64,000 nt of DNA from the NCBI GenBank assembly GCA_964019335.1, contig OZ025671.1, forward strand, positions 124,001 to 188,000, given 5' to 3'. The notes below the pieces were generated by a model. It was not told where the DNA came from and searched no databases. It worked only from the letters and a program-made list of their open reading frames with translations. Below are positions 23,973 to 35,413 of the stretch, in pieces (within the stretch, counting starts at the first letter, position 1; each line of letters begins with the position of its first letter). A program made the translations under genes and the position numbers. The stretch comes from Diplonema japonicum (Eukaryota > Protista > Euglenozoa: Diplonemea).

Positions 23973-26900
23973 CTACTTGGGGCGGGCAGGGTGGGTGGGT
24001 GGGGGTGCCGGGGAAACACTTGTATTGCGGTGAGCTTGAGAGATGTTGTGTGGGATGCCTGCCTGATCGGCCAGCTGGCGCAGGGCTGCGACGACCTCAC
24101 CCCTGCCCTTCATTGGGACGTCGACGTGCCTGCCTGTGTCGACAAGGCGGAGCTTGCCCTTCACGGGGTCGAAGGCAATGCGTCTTGTAGGCGGCCGTGC
24201 CTCTCCACCCGTAGTGTACTGAATGGCACCCGGCAGCCACTCCGAGATGTTGAACACATGGTACTCGCCTGTGACAGCGTCCTCAAAGCCTACCTCAACA
24301 GACCCCCTCTGGCCACGCGAGGGGGACAGTGACGGTGACTCCATGTACGGCATCGACTGCGATCTGGACTGCGACCGCTCCCTCAAGGACCTGTCCCTGA
24401 CCTCTGGCTGTAATGACATCTCCCTCTTTGCCATCTCTAGGTGCGCGTGGCTCTGGTTCACAGCTTCGTTAGCCTCGACGAGTGCCCTCTTGAGCAGCAT
24501 CACATCCTGGTCAGCTTGCTCCTTTGCGCCCTCTGTCTCCCTCAAGTTGTTCTGCAGTTCCTGTACCCTCGCCGACCCCGCATGCATCGTCGCCTGTGCC
24601 TGCCCCCATGCCTCCTCCACAACTCCTGTCTCTTCAAACGCAGCATTACGTTCACGCATTGCCATGTCGGCCTCCTCTCGTGCAGAACGTAGTTGCTTCC
24701 TCACGCTGCGCAGCTCTCTCTGCAGCTCGAGGATTCTCTCCTCTTGGGTCTCCACAACTTTCACTCTTTCCAGGTTCCTCTGCTTCTGCTCCCCCACCCT
24801 TTGGCTGGTGTCCTTTGCCTTCCTTAAATCCACCTTCGCGGCAACAAGCTCATCTTCCATACCCCGGAACTCTTGCTCCAAGCGCTTTCTCTCTTCTGCA
24901 CCCCTCTTATTCTGTAGCCTGCACTCCTTAAGCCGTTCTTGAAGGGTTCTTATTTTATTCTTCTCAACAGTAACATCGGTGTCTTTGGATTCGACGAGTG
25001 CTTTCAACCGCAAGTGCTCTTCTCTCAGGAGCCCCATCTCTCTCTGCGCTAGCAGCCTTCTGTCATTGTCTTTTTTGTTGAGCTCTTCCTCTCTTTTCTT
25101 CAGTGTCGCAGTCATGGTGTTGATTCGCTCCTCAGTGGCGCTCTTCTCCGCCTCGATCAAGCTGTTGACCTTGTCGTTGAACTGCTTGCTCTCTTCCAGC
25201 TGCAGCTGCAGCTGAGAACTCTGGTCCTCCACCACGGAGCGTGCTTCTTGAGCCTCTTTGAGCTTGTTCTGCAGTATCTCCTCGTTATGACTCAGCAAGG
25301 CAAAACTCCTGTGTTGATGCAGCTCGTCTTCAGCAGCTGCCCTCCTCCTCTGCTCGTCGGACAACGCACGTCGAAGGCCTTCTTCCAAGTATGTCTTGCT
25401 GTTCATAACCTCCTCAGCTTGGTGGCGTGCTTGCTGTTCGTCTTGCAGTGCACGCTGAATGCCAATCACAGCCTCTTTCTGAGCAACAAGCTCCTCGTGT
25501 GCAGCAGAGAGCGCACGCACTGCGCCTGTGGGGTCTTGCATCTCACGCACTCTTTCGAGCTCATGCTCTACATTCTCGCGCAGCTGCCTCTCTGCCGCAA
25601 GTGCTTGCTTCATCGTGTCTTCGTTCTTGCATATCATGTCGAGACGCTCCTTCAACTGCTGGTTGTCGCTGGCGAGAGCAGGAGCGGGTGAAGGGACAGG
25701 AATGGGAACATTGACTGGAACAGTTACCGAAACAGGAACGGGAATATGAACAGGGGAAGGAATAGGAGCAGGAATCGGAGCAGGCAGTGCCTCAGGAACA
25801 CTTGCGTCCTTCAGCTTAATAAGATCGTCTTGGGCACTGAGGCGAAGTTGCCTCTCCGCCAGAATAACAGTCTGCATCTCTTCTTTCACCTTTCTAAGTT
25901 CTTCCTCTACTTGCTTGTGTTCGCTTTGCGTTTCTGCGAGCTTGCTCTGCTGCTCTTGGATCATCCTCTCCTTTTCTAGAAGCTCACTCTGAACCTTTGC
26001 AGCTGCTTGCGTCTGTTCTCTATCTTCAACAAGGATGGCTTTTAGCTCTTCGAGAGCTTCGGGTGTCCTGTCAGCACGCAAGAGCTGCAGTTCCTTGTTT
26101 AGTGCATTGCGTGCCTCTTGCTCCGAAGCCAGTGCCTCCTGCAGTTCTTCCACCCTGGTGTCTGGTACGTCTGGTGTCACCGATGCCTGTGTCACCGATG
26201 CCAGCGTCGATGCCAATGCCTCCTCTTGCTTTTCTGGATCGGCTTGCCGAGATTGCGAGTTCTCGAGAACGCTGATTTGTTCCCTGAGTACATTCAAAGT
26301 CTCAGCAGCTTCAGCGTTCTCCGCCTTCAGCGTTCTCATTGATTCTTCTGCAGCTTGCTTTGCCTGTCGTTCCTGAGCTAAGACCTGCTGCAGCACGCTC
26401 TCTGCTTCCATTCGCCTTTCAAGCTCCTTCTCAAGGGTCCCCTTCAGGGTGCCGGACGTCACCGAGTCCTTCACTGCTGCCTCGGTGAGCTGGGACCTTT
26501 CTTCCTCTAGTTTAAGGCGCAGATCCCGTTCTTTGTTGAGAGCTTCACAGAAGGCTTCAGAGCTTCGCTTCTCTTCAGCAAGAGCGTGCCGCAAGGCTTC
26601 CTCCGTGTAAGGCGTTGCCTGCCGCTGTAGCTGGTCCTCGATGGCAGCACGCGCATGGCGTTCCTCGACTAGTGCTTGTCGCAGGGATTCCTCGGTGTCA
26701 GTGGGCTGCAGCACAGACAGCTCCTGCCTCACAATTGACTGGATTAGCATCGCGTCGGGTTCAGTTTTCTTCTCCTTGGAGAGCTCCTTCAGTGTGTTGA
26801 CCACATTGCGCAGTGCGTCCTTCTCGCCCTCCGTCTCCCGCATGTACGATGTGATCTCGCCCAGCACGTTGGAAGTAGATGCGCGCGCAGCGTCCCTCTC

Positions 26901-28436
26901 CGTAGATACCGCCAGCAGCGACCTGCGTAAGCACTGCACTTCTTCGTCTTGCTGCTCTGAGGTCGAGCTTTGTAGCTGTTGCTTTGTGTCGTGCAGTGCC
27001 TTCTGCAGCTCTTCGTTCGCCAAGCGCAATGTATCCAAGGTGGACGCTGCGTGCTTGACCTGCCGCTCAGCAGCAAGTCGCATCTCCTTCTCTTGCTCCT
27101 TTTCTTTCAAGGCCTGCAACGCAAGAGTGCGTGATGCCATCAGCTCTGAGTTCAGGTCAGTGGCACTTTGTAGGGTGCTTGTCAACCTCTCTTTCGTACT
27201 TTCTAACACACGACTGCGATACGGGGAAGAGGCCACTGGTGACAGCGATTGTGACTGCGTGAACGGCCTCCCTAACGACTGGCGTGGTGCAGGAGACATG
27301 CCAATCGTGGCATGGGGTGTATAAGGCAGCGAGTCCATGGACTGGGGAACCTGCGGTGGAGCTATCGGCGGGGAGCGGACAGGGGAGGGGGACGTGTACT
27401 GCCTTGTAGGAGATGCGGGCAGTGCTGTGAGCGATTGGGGCTGCGATTGCACCATTGCCGCTTGTGCTTGAGCTTGTAGTTGCTCTTTTTCTTGAATAGC
27501 TGCCAGTGCCTGCGCGTTTGCTTGCAGCTGCGCTTCGAAATGCCCCGAGGTAAGGGGCGCAGCGGTGGGAGCTGAGGACACTGGCACCGGCTGTGCCGCA
27601 GCAAGCTGCTGCTTCTCCATCAAAGGAGACGCGGGAAGCTGCGATACTGCAACGTCGTGTGCCTGGGCGGTCTGATGTGCTTGGGCGTTCTGATGGGCAG
27701 CACGTTCTGCTGCGATACTTGCCTCGAGATGTGCTTTCTCGGCTTTAATCTCTTCGAGTTCCTTGGCCACCGCCGCCACCGCTTCTTCCGCAGCTTCGGC
27801 TTTTCTCTTTGCCACCTCTGCTTTGAGGATCTCACGCTCCACCTCCTGCTTCACGAGGTCAGCTTGGATGGCGTCAGCGCGAGCTTGATCGGCCTTTGCG
27901 CGTTCCATATCCGCCTCCTCCCTGGCGTGCTCAGTGAGGTGGTGCTGCTGGTTTGCAAGGGTGAGGAGCTCCTCGGGAGAGTTGGACAGCAAAGTCTCTG
28001 CGTGGGAAAGGGTTTCGGACTGTGCGCGAGTGATGGTCTGCAGGGCTTCGGTGGTGGCGAGGGCAGTGTGGGCCTCGCTGATTGCAGTTGACTGGCGGCA
28101 GGACTCGGCTTCGGATTCTGCAAAGAGCTGTTCGGCTCGAGCTGCTTGAGTGGCCTTGGCTAGCTCATGCTTGGCACGGCTGGCGGGGGAGCGAGGGGGG
28201 CGGTCACTCTTGGACATGGGCGTAACTAGAACAGAGTCTTGCCACACCACCGAGGTATCGCTGCTTCTACTCCTATTTCTTGGAGGGCTGCTCCTTCCAG
28301 GTGGGTGGATCCACTCTCTGCGCTCTTCTATCGGGGACGGTGACCTGCTCTTGTGCCGCCTCCCACTCTTTGCACAGTACCCACCACGCATAACGTCACC
28401 ACAGTCCTTGCACCTATCCTTGTCCTCATCCGCCAT
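23973..28436 (-). CDS. large coiled-coil protein with N-terminal CxxC..C..H motif and small C-terminal globular domain
   Basis: ~1490 aa uninterrupted E/Q/A/L-rich ORF; first ATG at 28436. Confidence 0.9.
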   Translation of the reverse strand: MADEDKDRCKDCGDVMRGGYCAKSGRRHKSRSPSPIEERREWIHPPGRSSPPRNRSRSSDTSVVWQDSVLVTPMSKSDRPPRSPASRAKHELAKATQAARAEQLFAESEAESCRQSTAISEAHTALATTEALQTITRAQSETLSHAETLLSNSPEELLTLANQQHHLTEHAREEADMERAKADQARADAIQADLVKQEVEREILKAEVAKRKAEAAEEAVAAVAKELEEIKAEKAHLEASIAAERAAHQNAQAHQTAQAHDVAVSQLPASPLMEKQQLAAAQPVPVSSAPTAAPLTSGHFEAQLQANAQALAAIQEKEQLQAQAQAAMVQSQPQSLTALPASPTRQYTSPSPVRSPPIAPPQVPQSMDSLPYTPHATIGMSPAPRQSLGRPFTQSQSLSPVASSPYRSRVLESTKERLTSTLQSATDLNSELMASRTLALQALKEKEQEKEMRLAAERQVKHAASTLDTLRLANEELQKALHDTKQQLQSSTSEQQDEEVQCLRRSLLAVSTERDAARASTSNVLGEITSYMRETEGEKDALRNVVNTLKELSKEKKTEPDAMLIQSIVRQELSVLQPTDTEESLRQALVEERHARAAIEDQLQRQATPYTEEALRHALAEEKRSSEAFCEALNKERDLRLKLEEERSQLTEAAVKDSVTSGTLKGTLEKELERRMEAESVLQQVLAQERQAKQAAEESMRTLKAENAEAAETLNVLREQISVLENSQSRQADPEKQEEALASTLASVTQASVTPDVPDTRVEELQEALASEQEARNALNKELQLLRADRTPEALEELKAILVEDREQTQAAAKVQSELLEKERMIQEQQSKLAETQSEHKQVEEELRKVKEEMQTVILAERQLRLSAQDDLIKLKDASVPEALPAPIPAPIPSPVHIPVPVSVTVPVNVPIPVPSPAPALASDNQQLKERLDMICKNEDTMKQALAAERQLRENVEHELERVREMQDPTGAVRALSAAHEELVAQKEAVIGIQRALQDEQQARHQAEEVMNSKTYLEEGLRRALSDEQRRRAAAEDELHQHRSFALLSHNEEILQNKLKEAQEARSVVEDQSSQLQLQLEESKQFNDKVNSLIEAEKSATEERINTMTATLKKREEELNKKDNDRRLLAQREMGLLREEHLRLKALVESKDTDVTVEKNKIRTLQERLKECRLQNKRGAEERKRLEQEFRGMEDELVAAKVDLRKAKDTSQRVGEQKQRNLERVKVVETQEERILELQRELRSVRKQLRSAREEADMAMRERNAAFEETGVVEEAWGQAQATMHAGSARVQELQNNLRETEGAKEQADQDVMLLKRALVEANEAVNQSHAHLEMAKREMSLQPEVRDRSLRERSQSRSQSMPYMESPSLSPSRGQRGSVEVGFEDAVTGEYHVFNISEWLPGAIQYTTGGEARPPTRRIAFDPVKGKLRLVDTGRHVDVPMKGRGEVVAALRQLADQAGIPHNISQAHRNTSVSPAPPPTHPARPK

Positions 28437-29081
28437 TTTCTTAAGAAACACCTGTTTGGTATTTGTCACATTGTAATGGAAGGTAATTCAATATAAGCGC
28501 TAGAAGAAGGAATCTAATGTGGAGGCAAATGGGGGGCATCGGTGGGTGTGTCTCTTTGTTCATTCTTTTTTTTTCTTTTCTTCTTTTTCCAAAAGGGGAA
28601 GGTCTTTCTTTTTCTTTTTATGCTACCTTTCCCTTTTTGTTGTGATAAATAATTTAACACACTTCCGGAAAAGTAAAATAAAAAAAGAGAAAAAAAAAGA
28701 AAAAGCTGTGTTCTGTTTCTCTCTGTCTCACCTTTTTTTTTTTTTTTTTTTTTTTTTTGCCCACGTCCTTTCTTTTAAAAAATCTATTAAAAAAAAGGAG
28801 GAGAGGAGGGTTGCAAAAATAAAAATAAAAATAAAAATAAAAATAAAAATAAAAATAATAAAGGAGGGGGTACGGGAACACAAGAATTTAATTCTTTCGG
28901 CAGGGGTGAGGAGAGCACATATTTTCTTTCTTTTTCCCCTTTATCCCAACTGTCATTATTTCCTCACGTATAATTACGTAAGAAGCCTTCATAAAAGACC
29001 CATAATTATTCGCTACTTCCTCCAGAGAAAGACAGTGGAGAGACTTAAATGACGAAGGGGGGGGGGGGGGGGAGAGGGGGG

Positions 29082-29172
29082 ACTACTTACTTTACCGCCA
29101 AAAAAAAAAAAGCCATTATTTTAACTCTTACCGGGTTAAAATAACTTATTATCTGTTGGTAATAAATAGCTA
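29082..29172. repeat. palindromic module of family R2, solo copy
   Basis: acttact..accgcca..gccattattttaac..gttaaaataa..tgttggtaataaatagct. Confidence 0.7.
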
Positions 29173-29325
29173 ATTTCTTCTTCTTTTTTTTTCTCCTAAA
29201 AAAAAAACAAAAAAAAAAAAAAAAAAACAAAAAAAACTATACAAACAAAAAAAAATCTTTTGAAAACGATGGGGGAGGGGGGAAGGGAGTAAATAAAACA
29301 AAAACAAAAAAGATTTTTTTTCTTC

Positions 29326-30009
29326 TTAGAGCCTCTTCAGCGACTTCTTCCTCTCCTTATTTATTGCCTTCTGCGCCTGTGAGTAAGAAAAAAAAAAAAG
29401 ATCTTTTACAAAAGAAAAAAAAGAGGGGAGAATGGAATACCAAAGGAACAGCAGCTTTCTTCTCATCCTTCAGAGTCACATCGGCCTTGCTGATGTTCTC
29501 CTTACTACTAGCAGGCTTCGCGTGGATAGAGGTCAGAAGAGCTGCCCTGTGAAAAAGATTATTTTCTTCTTTTTTTTTTTTTACCTTTTACAGTATTCCG
29601 GATAATGCTCCAGAAGGAGTTTCCCAGCTTCTTCATTCAGTGCTGACTCGGGGTTAGGTTCCACCAGCAGGCACCTGACAACTAGGAAAACATGTCTCAG
29701 GCCAAGAGAAGCATCCCAATCCTTCTTGAGAGTATTAACACATATTTCCCCTCTTGGGTCCGACACGTTAGGGTGGAAGATCTTCGTCACAAAAAACCCC
29801 TTGGGGGGAACCTGTGGATATCCAGCTTCAAGCTCCAGCCTCACCTGAAACACCCCCCCTTCGAAAGGAGTATCAGCAGGGCCCAAGATTTCCCCTTCTA
29901 TACAACTAGCGTCATCCCCCACCGTGACGTTGATGCCATCAATCGGGTTCTTTCTTAAACTATTCAGGTTTGAGATCACCTGTTTGATCACCGAGGGCTG
30001 CAGCGACAT
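29326..30009 (-). CDS. UBE2S: ubiquitin-conjugating enzyme E2 S
   Basis: FHPNV..GEICVNTLKKDW; introns 29547-29584 and 29377-29440 give the basic C-terminus KERKKSLKRL*. Confidence 0.95.
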
Positions 30010-30341
30010 CTTGGCTCTCCCCTTTCTCTTTTTTATTTTCTTTTTTTTTTCTTTTGTGGTGAAAGTGCAAATAATAAATAAAAAACACAGAGGGGGGGGG
30101 GGGGGGGGGGGATGGGAAGACAATTCTTTAAACAAAATCTAAAAAAAAAAAAAAAAAAGAGAACAAAAAAAATCTTTTCTTGGACGGCTGCAGTTTTCAT
30201 TTCTTTTTTTTTCATAATTACTATTTCCTTTTTTTTTTTCTTTTCAGTTTCCGTTGTATTCTCCTAATATCTTCTTTTCTTTTTTAAAAATATTTTCCGC
30301 CTTTTCTTTCCCCCCCTCCTTTTTTCTTTCTTTGCATAGCT

Positions 30342-30668
30342 CATACCTCAAAGCTTTTAGGCTTCTTTTTAGGATTTCATAGGGGTTATTAAGCACTGCA
30401 GAACTCAATGAAAAAGACTACTGCACCGCACGAAAGAAAAAGCACTGTCGCGGTGGTGGATTGAAGATATTCGTCTCGTGGGCTGACGCACCTATATTTC
30501 TAAAACCCGCCTAGTCAATCCTGGAATCATCTGGGAAAACTTCGAAAAGCTACCAAAAGGTTCCGAGGGAGTTTTGTAAAAAGCTTTCAGGGGGGGAAGG
30601 GGGGAAGAACTGTGGGCACCAATCCTAAAAACCCCCCCAAAAAAAACTTTTAAGGTTGCAAGGTATGA
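30342..30668. mobile_element. possible degenerate MITE
   Basis: Imperfect terminal inverted similarity tcatacct... / ...aggtatga. Confidence 0.35.
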
Positions 30669-30889
30669 ATACTCCAAAAGAAAAAAAACACTTCGAAACA
30701 AGGGGGGCGGTGAGGGGGGGAGATCAACGAGAAAACAAAAATCATATCGTTTACCGTTATTACAACAACAAAAAAAGAACAAAAGGAGGGGGAAGGGGGA
30801 TTGTTTAATTTATGGGTGTACAGTGGGAGAGGTGCTTCTATGATAAGGCGTTTGGGTTTCGCCACTTCTTGCTCCCTGAGGGTCGCATG

Positions 30890-32356
30890 TTAGTGGTGAG
30901 GAAAGAGGAACTGCTGCTGCTGGAGTTGGGATTCAAAGGGGTAGGCCGAAGGGATGTCTCCCACAGGACAGTGGAAAGGTTGGAAGGGTTGCTGGCCAGG
31001 TGGCGGTACCTGTGCGTGTGGTTTGAAGGTCTGAAACAGACTGTGATGAGCATACTGATGGAACCTTGCAGGCGGCTTGCCGTCGTTCTGCAGCACTGTG
31101 TCGGGCACAGCTGTGTCACCAGACACGGAGTCCCTCCCACTCCGGCTGGACACTCTTCCCTTTTTTTTCTCTTTCGCTAAGGGGACGTGCTGTCGCCCTT
31201 CCCGTTCCTGATAGCTGTGATTTTGGCTTTGGTTCTGCACAGGGTACGGGTGAGGATTCTGCTGCAGCTGCTGCGGCTGGTACTGTGGATGTTGTAGATG
31301 TTGCTGAGGCTGGAGATGATGATGATGGAGCTGATGTTGGTGTTGGTGTGGGTGTTGCTGGTGCTGGTGCTGGGGGTGATGGAGGGGGTGCTCTTCCCTC
31401 TTCTCTTCGTTGAACTTCGTGTTCCTCCTCACCAGCCTCCACAGAACGGACCCAGGCTGCTGTGCGATGCCTCCTGAGGCGGATATCAACGAAGGGTCCA
31501 GCGGGGGCGAGGGCGCCTTGCTACCCTCCTCAATGAGTTCGGGTGCAACGGCAAGGGACGTGTGCCGGAGCTCGGCAGCAAGCGCGCCGGCAGGGAGGAG
31601 AGGTATCTTGATAAGTGTGAGGACTTGAATGTGCTGCGGGTGAGCCTGTATCCAGTGCAACACGCCTTGGAGGAGGAGGTGCTCGAGGTGCTCGGGTGAC
31701 AGGTCGCAGTCGGGGAAATCGTCGGCAAGCAGCGCGCAGAGCGCCTCTATTCTCAAGGATGTGAGGTAGGGGGACTTCAAGATGGAGGCGGGGGTGCTTT
31801 TGCCGAATGCAATACACTTATCGAACGGGAGCGGCAAGGGCGCTTCAGGTTCACTGTGGTCGAGCAGCATCTTCGCAAAATCAGTGTCGTCAGGCACCCA
31901 AAGGGTGGTGACAACCAGCGGCCACCATGCGTGTTCATCCCTCACGAGCTGCAGGAGCCTGGCAGAGGCAAGGGAGAAGAGGAACGGCATTTGTAGGATC
32001 TTGCTCATCTCACATATGATCATTGTCTCCACGGGAGGAAGCTCCACCAACCAATCGGTGCTGATGAACTCCAGAACTGCATTGAAGGCTGCCTTCATGT
32101 CGCCCTCCAGCCGCGTGATGTTCCCATCGCTGAGAATCGCATCCACCGACACGACGATCTCGTGCCCCTTGCGTGCCTGCACCTCGCGCTCTAGCAACTG
32201 CGCCAAAGGCAGCGACCTGATGGAAATCAGCAGCCTATGCGCAGGGTACCTCTCGCCCATGTATACCAACGTCACGTCTGACATGAACTTGTGCTGGCGT
32301 GCCTTCCACAAGTCCATCTGCAGGGTGAAATCCCACCCCCACTCCACTTCGTGCAT
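30890..32356 (-). CDS. BTB/POZ-BACK domain protein with H/Q-rich tail
   Basis: SDVTLVYMGERYPAHRLLISIRS; VLHWIQAH BACK-like segment. Confidence 0.9.
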   Translation of the reverse strand: MHEVEWGWDFTLQMDLWKARQHKFMSDVTLVYMGERYPAHRLLISIRSLPLAQLLEREVQARKGHEIVVSVDAILSDGNITRLEGDMKAAFNAVLEFISTDWLVELPPVETMIICEMSKILQMPFLFSLASARLLQLVRDEHAWWPLVVTTLWVPDDTDFAKMLLDHSEPEAPLPLPFDKCIAFGKSTPASILKSPYLTSLRIEALCALLADDFPDCDLSPEHLEHLLLQGVLHWIQAHPQHIQVLTLIKIPLLPAGALAAELRHTSLAVAPELIEEGSKAPSPPLDPSLISASGGIAQQPGSVLWRLVRRNTKFNEEKREEHPLHHPQHQHQQHPHQHQHQLHHHHLQPQQHLQHPQYQPQQLQQNPHPYPVQNQSQNHSYQEREGRQHVPLAKEKKKGRVSSRSGRDSVSGDTAVPDTVLQNDGKPPARFHQYAHHSLFQTFKPHAQVPPPGQQPFQPFHCPVGDIPSAYPFESQLQQQQFLFPHH

Positions 32357-32444
32357 CTTTCTTTAATATCCCTATCGGAGCTTAACTACATTGTCTGGCT
32401 TTGCATATAAACTACAGGTACATGGTATTGTGCTATCTATCTGC

Positions 32445-34421
32445 CTACACCCACACGGGTGGCGGCGTGAAGTCGGAGGCGGCGTTCTGCAGCCACAAGT
32501 AGGTAACGATCGTGAAGAGGACAGCTATCCGCAGGAGCCACCATATGAAGGTCGAGTTCCCACTGGCGGTGATGTCCTCCTGGCGTTTCTTTTTTATCTC
32601 GCGCTTGGCGCGTCTCTCCAAGACATCGATGCGCTGCTCGAGCTCTGTGAGAATGCGCTGATCCTGACGAAGGGGTTAGTGGCACGTAAACCATTGCATA
32701 CCTTCTTTGGCAGCTGCGAGATATCAGCGCCAGTCATTTTCTCAACTGACTTCTCTATGTGCGACGCGCTCTGCTTCCTCTTCCCCAGCTTGAGCTCCTG
32801 CTTCAGGATCTCTTGCACGCTACTCAGCTGCTCGCACCGCCTGAAGTCGGGTACTAGGTTAGGTGTTATAAAGTACATACTTGTCCAGTTCCGAGTACAT
32901 CCCATTCATGGCCTTAAGGCGTAGCTCCAGTGCGTTGATAATGCCAAACATGCCTGTCTTGGCAGATGAGTCGCCGTTGACGATTTTGCGCAGCGTGAAG
33001 GCACCTGCTGCAGGCACGACGCTAGCCACGTCGGGGTGCAGGAGGGCCGAAGACAATTCGCCCACAGCATCACCGTCCTCGTGGTGCGTCATCTCCTCCT
33101 CTTCACGCTCACGCTCCCGCTGCATTTTGCGTTCAGTCCGTGCGTTCCTGCGCGTTTCCCGCTCAAGCCGTCTCATCTCTTTCACAGGGTCCCTAAACCC
33201 TGCTTGCTTGAGGGCCTTGATCTCGCTGTTTAGCTGTTGCAACTCTTCCTCCTTCTGCGTGGGCATCTCGTCAGCGACCTCCAAATTCTTGTTCGACCGA
33301 GACTGCTTCTGGAAGCCTGCGTAGAAGAGCCCCCTGAGGCGCTGGTCCACACGCACGCGCTCCTTGTCCACCATTCGCTCGATCTCCCGCTTACGCATTT
33401 GTCCCCGTTTATCTGTTTTGGCTATCGTCACGTTGCTGTTGTGGAGGGACTCCGTCACGGACTCGGTCGCCTCGTCGGCCACACGCTCCCTCTCCCTGCT
33501 CATTGAGGAAGACAGTGCAGAGTCCTTTCGCGGGAGGAAACCTGAGCTTTCAGGACGGAGCTGTGGTGATGTGGAAAGGTGCTGTCGCCTAGCCTGGTAG
33601 GGGTCCTTGCCTCCAAGGAGGTTGACCTGTGCTGCGAAGGACGAGTTATAGGCTGCGTCAGAGACGTCGCCCCTTGTGGGGGATGGGGAGGGCGACCTGT
33701 CGAGGTCGGGCCCCTGCTGCGTCTTGAGCTTGGAGATGACCTCGTTGAAGGAAGAGGGGAGCAGGTCCTTGCGGATGACGAGGCCGGAAGGGAGCGTCAC
33801 GTGCTCGATGTTGGGGGCCATGGCGGCGGCACGCTCGATCCTTTTTTTAGTCTCCGCCTTGGCCCAGCGCAGCGCCATGTGGAGGGGTGTACGGCCCTTC
33901 ATGTTTGGAATGTTGGGGTTGGCACCACGCTCTAGCAGCTCGATGACGATCGTGACGTGAGAGTTCCCCGCAGCAAAGAAGAGGGGCGTCTCGTCCTTCT
34001 CATTGCGGCAGTCGACTTCTATCTCGCCGCTGCGCTCGTCAAGTAAATAGTTGATGAGGTCAAGGTGACCTTCCTTTGCTGCCTGGTGCAGAATTGTTTC
34101 ACCTTCCTTGTTCTTCACAGTCGGGTCGCCACCTGCATCAAGAAGAAGACTAGCAATGCGCAGACTTGTCTCCACGTCGCCCTGCTTGCTCACCACGTTG
34201 TGCATTGCGGTCCTCCCATCTCTGTCCTGTACATTGGGGTCGGCTCGGTATTCTAACAACAGTTCCACAGCCTCTAGGTGCTGCTCTAGTACTGCATAGT
34301 GCAAAGGGGTCGCCTTCAAACCACGGTCGACTAGTGTGACTGGGGCACTTCTTGACGACAAGATCAACTGAAGTTGTATAATGTCGCCGCGCTTTGCGCA
34401 TTCATGTAAATCCAACGACAT
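32445..34421 (-). CDS. ankyrin-repeat, coiled-coil, tail-anchored membrane protein
   Basis: TPLH repeats; introns 32841-32880 and 32664-32701 (CTAAC branch motifs) extend the ORF to FIWWLLRIAVLFTIVTYLWL..PVWV*. Confidence 0.9.
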
Positions 34422-34702
34422 GTTTTTTTTTTTTCTCTCTTTTTTTTTTTCCTTGCTGCTTTTTTTTTTTTTTTTCCTCCCGCTTTTTCGTGTCAATAAG
34501 ATTAGAAGAAGAAAAAAAGGGGGGGGGGAAGCAACCATATCAGAGGAGAAGAAAAAGGAAAAAAAAAAATAAAAAATAAAAATAAAAAATAGTAAAACGT
34601 GTGGTTAAAAAAAAAAAAAAAAGAAAAAAACAGAGAAGCGAAAGAAAAACAAAAAAAAACAACTTTTGTTTGTTGGTGTGTCATACATGTGTTTCCTTTT
34701 TT

Positions 34703-34733
<31 letters not shown>

Positions 34734-35237
34734 GTACTGTGAAGGAGTTTGTTTTTTTTTTTAATGTTTTATTTCAGCTTCAGCTTCTAACCTTTTCTTT
34801 TTTTTTTTAAAACGACTTTTCTTATTTTCTTCCTCTGGAAAAAAATAAAGAACGGGAGGGGGGATAAAAGGGAGAATGGGTGGGGGGGAAAAAAAAGAGG
34901 AGGTTTGAAAAGAAGGAGAAGAACACAAAATAAATATGGAGCTAAATTATTACTATCCTATCAGCCGAAACTGGTACCCTCCATCGCCCCCCCACCCCTT
35001 GTTTCTGCCTTATCTTTCTCCTCTCCCTATTCAGTGCCCCCTCCCCCTTTATCTTGCTTATGGACCCCAATCATACCTGGTGTGGCTGAGTTAGGAACCT
35101 TTTAAGAAAAGTAGTGAATAAACCAGCGGTGAAAGGAGTGGGGGTGGGGGGTGGTGGTACCTCTGTCAGCACACTTCTTATGAACCAAAGAAAAAAAAAA
35201 GAAGAAGAAATTAGAAGAAAATCAAAAAGAGAAAGGG

Positions 35238-35275
<38 letters not shown>

Positions 35276-35413
35276 AAAGAAGAGAAACGAAAAAGATAGC
35301 CCCATGAATCAACTTATCTTTTTTGTTTCTATTTTTTTTCTCTTTTTTTTTTTCCTTCTCTTTTTTTTTTTTTTTTTCTTTCATCCTCTCTTTCCCCTAT
35401 CCTCTTATACTGC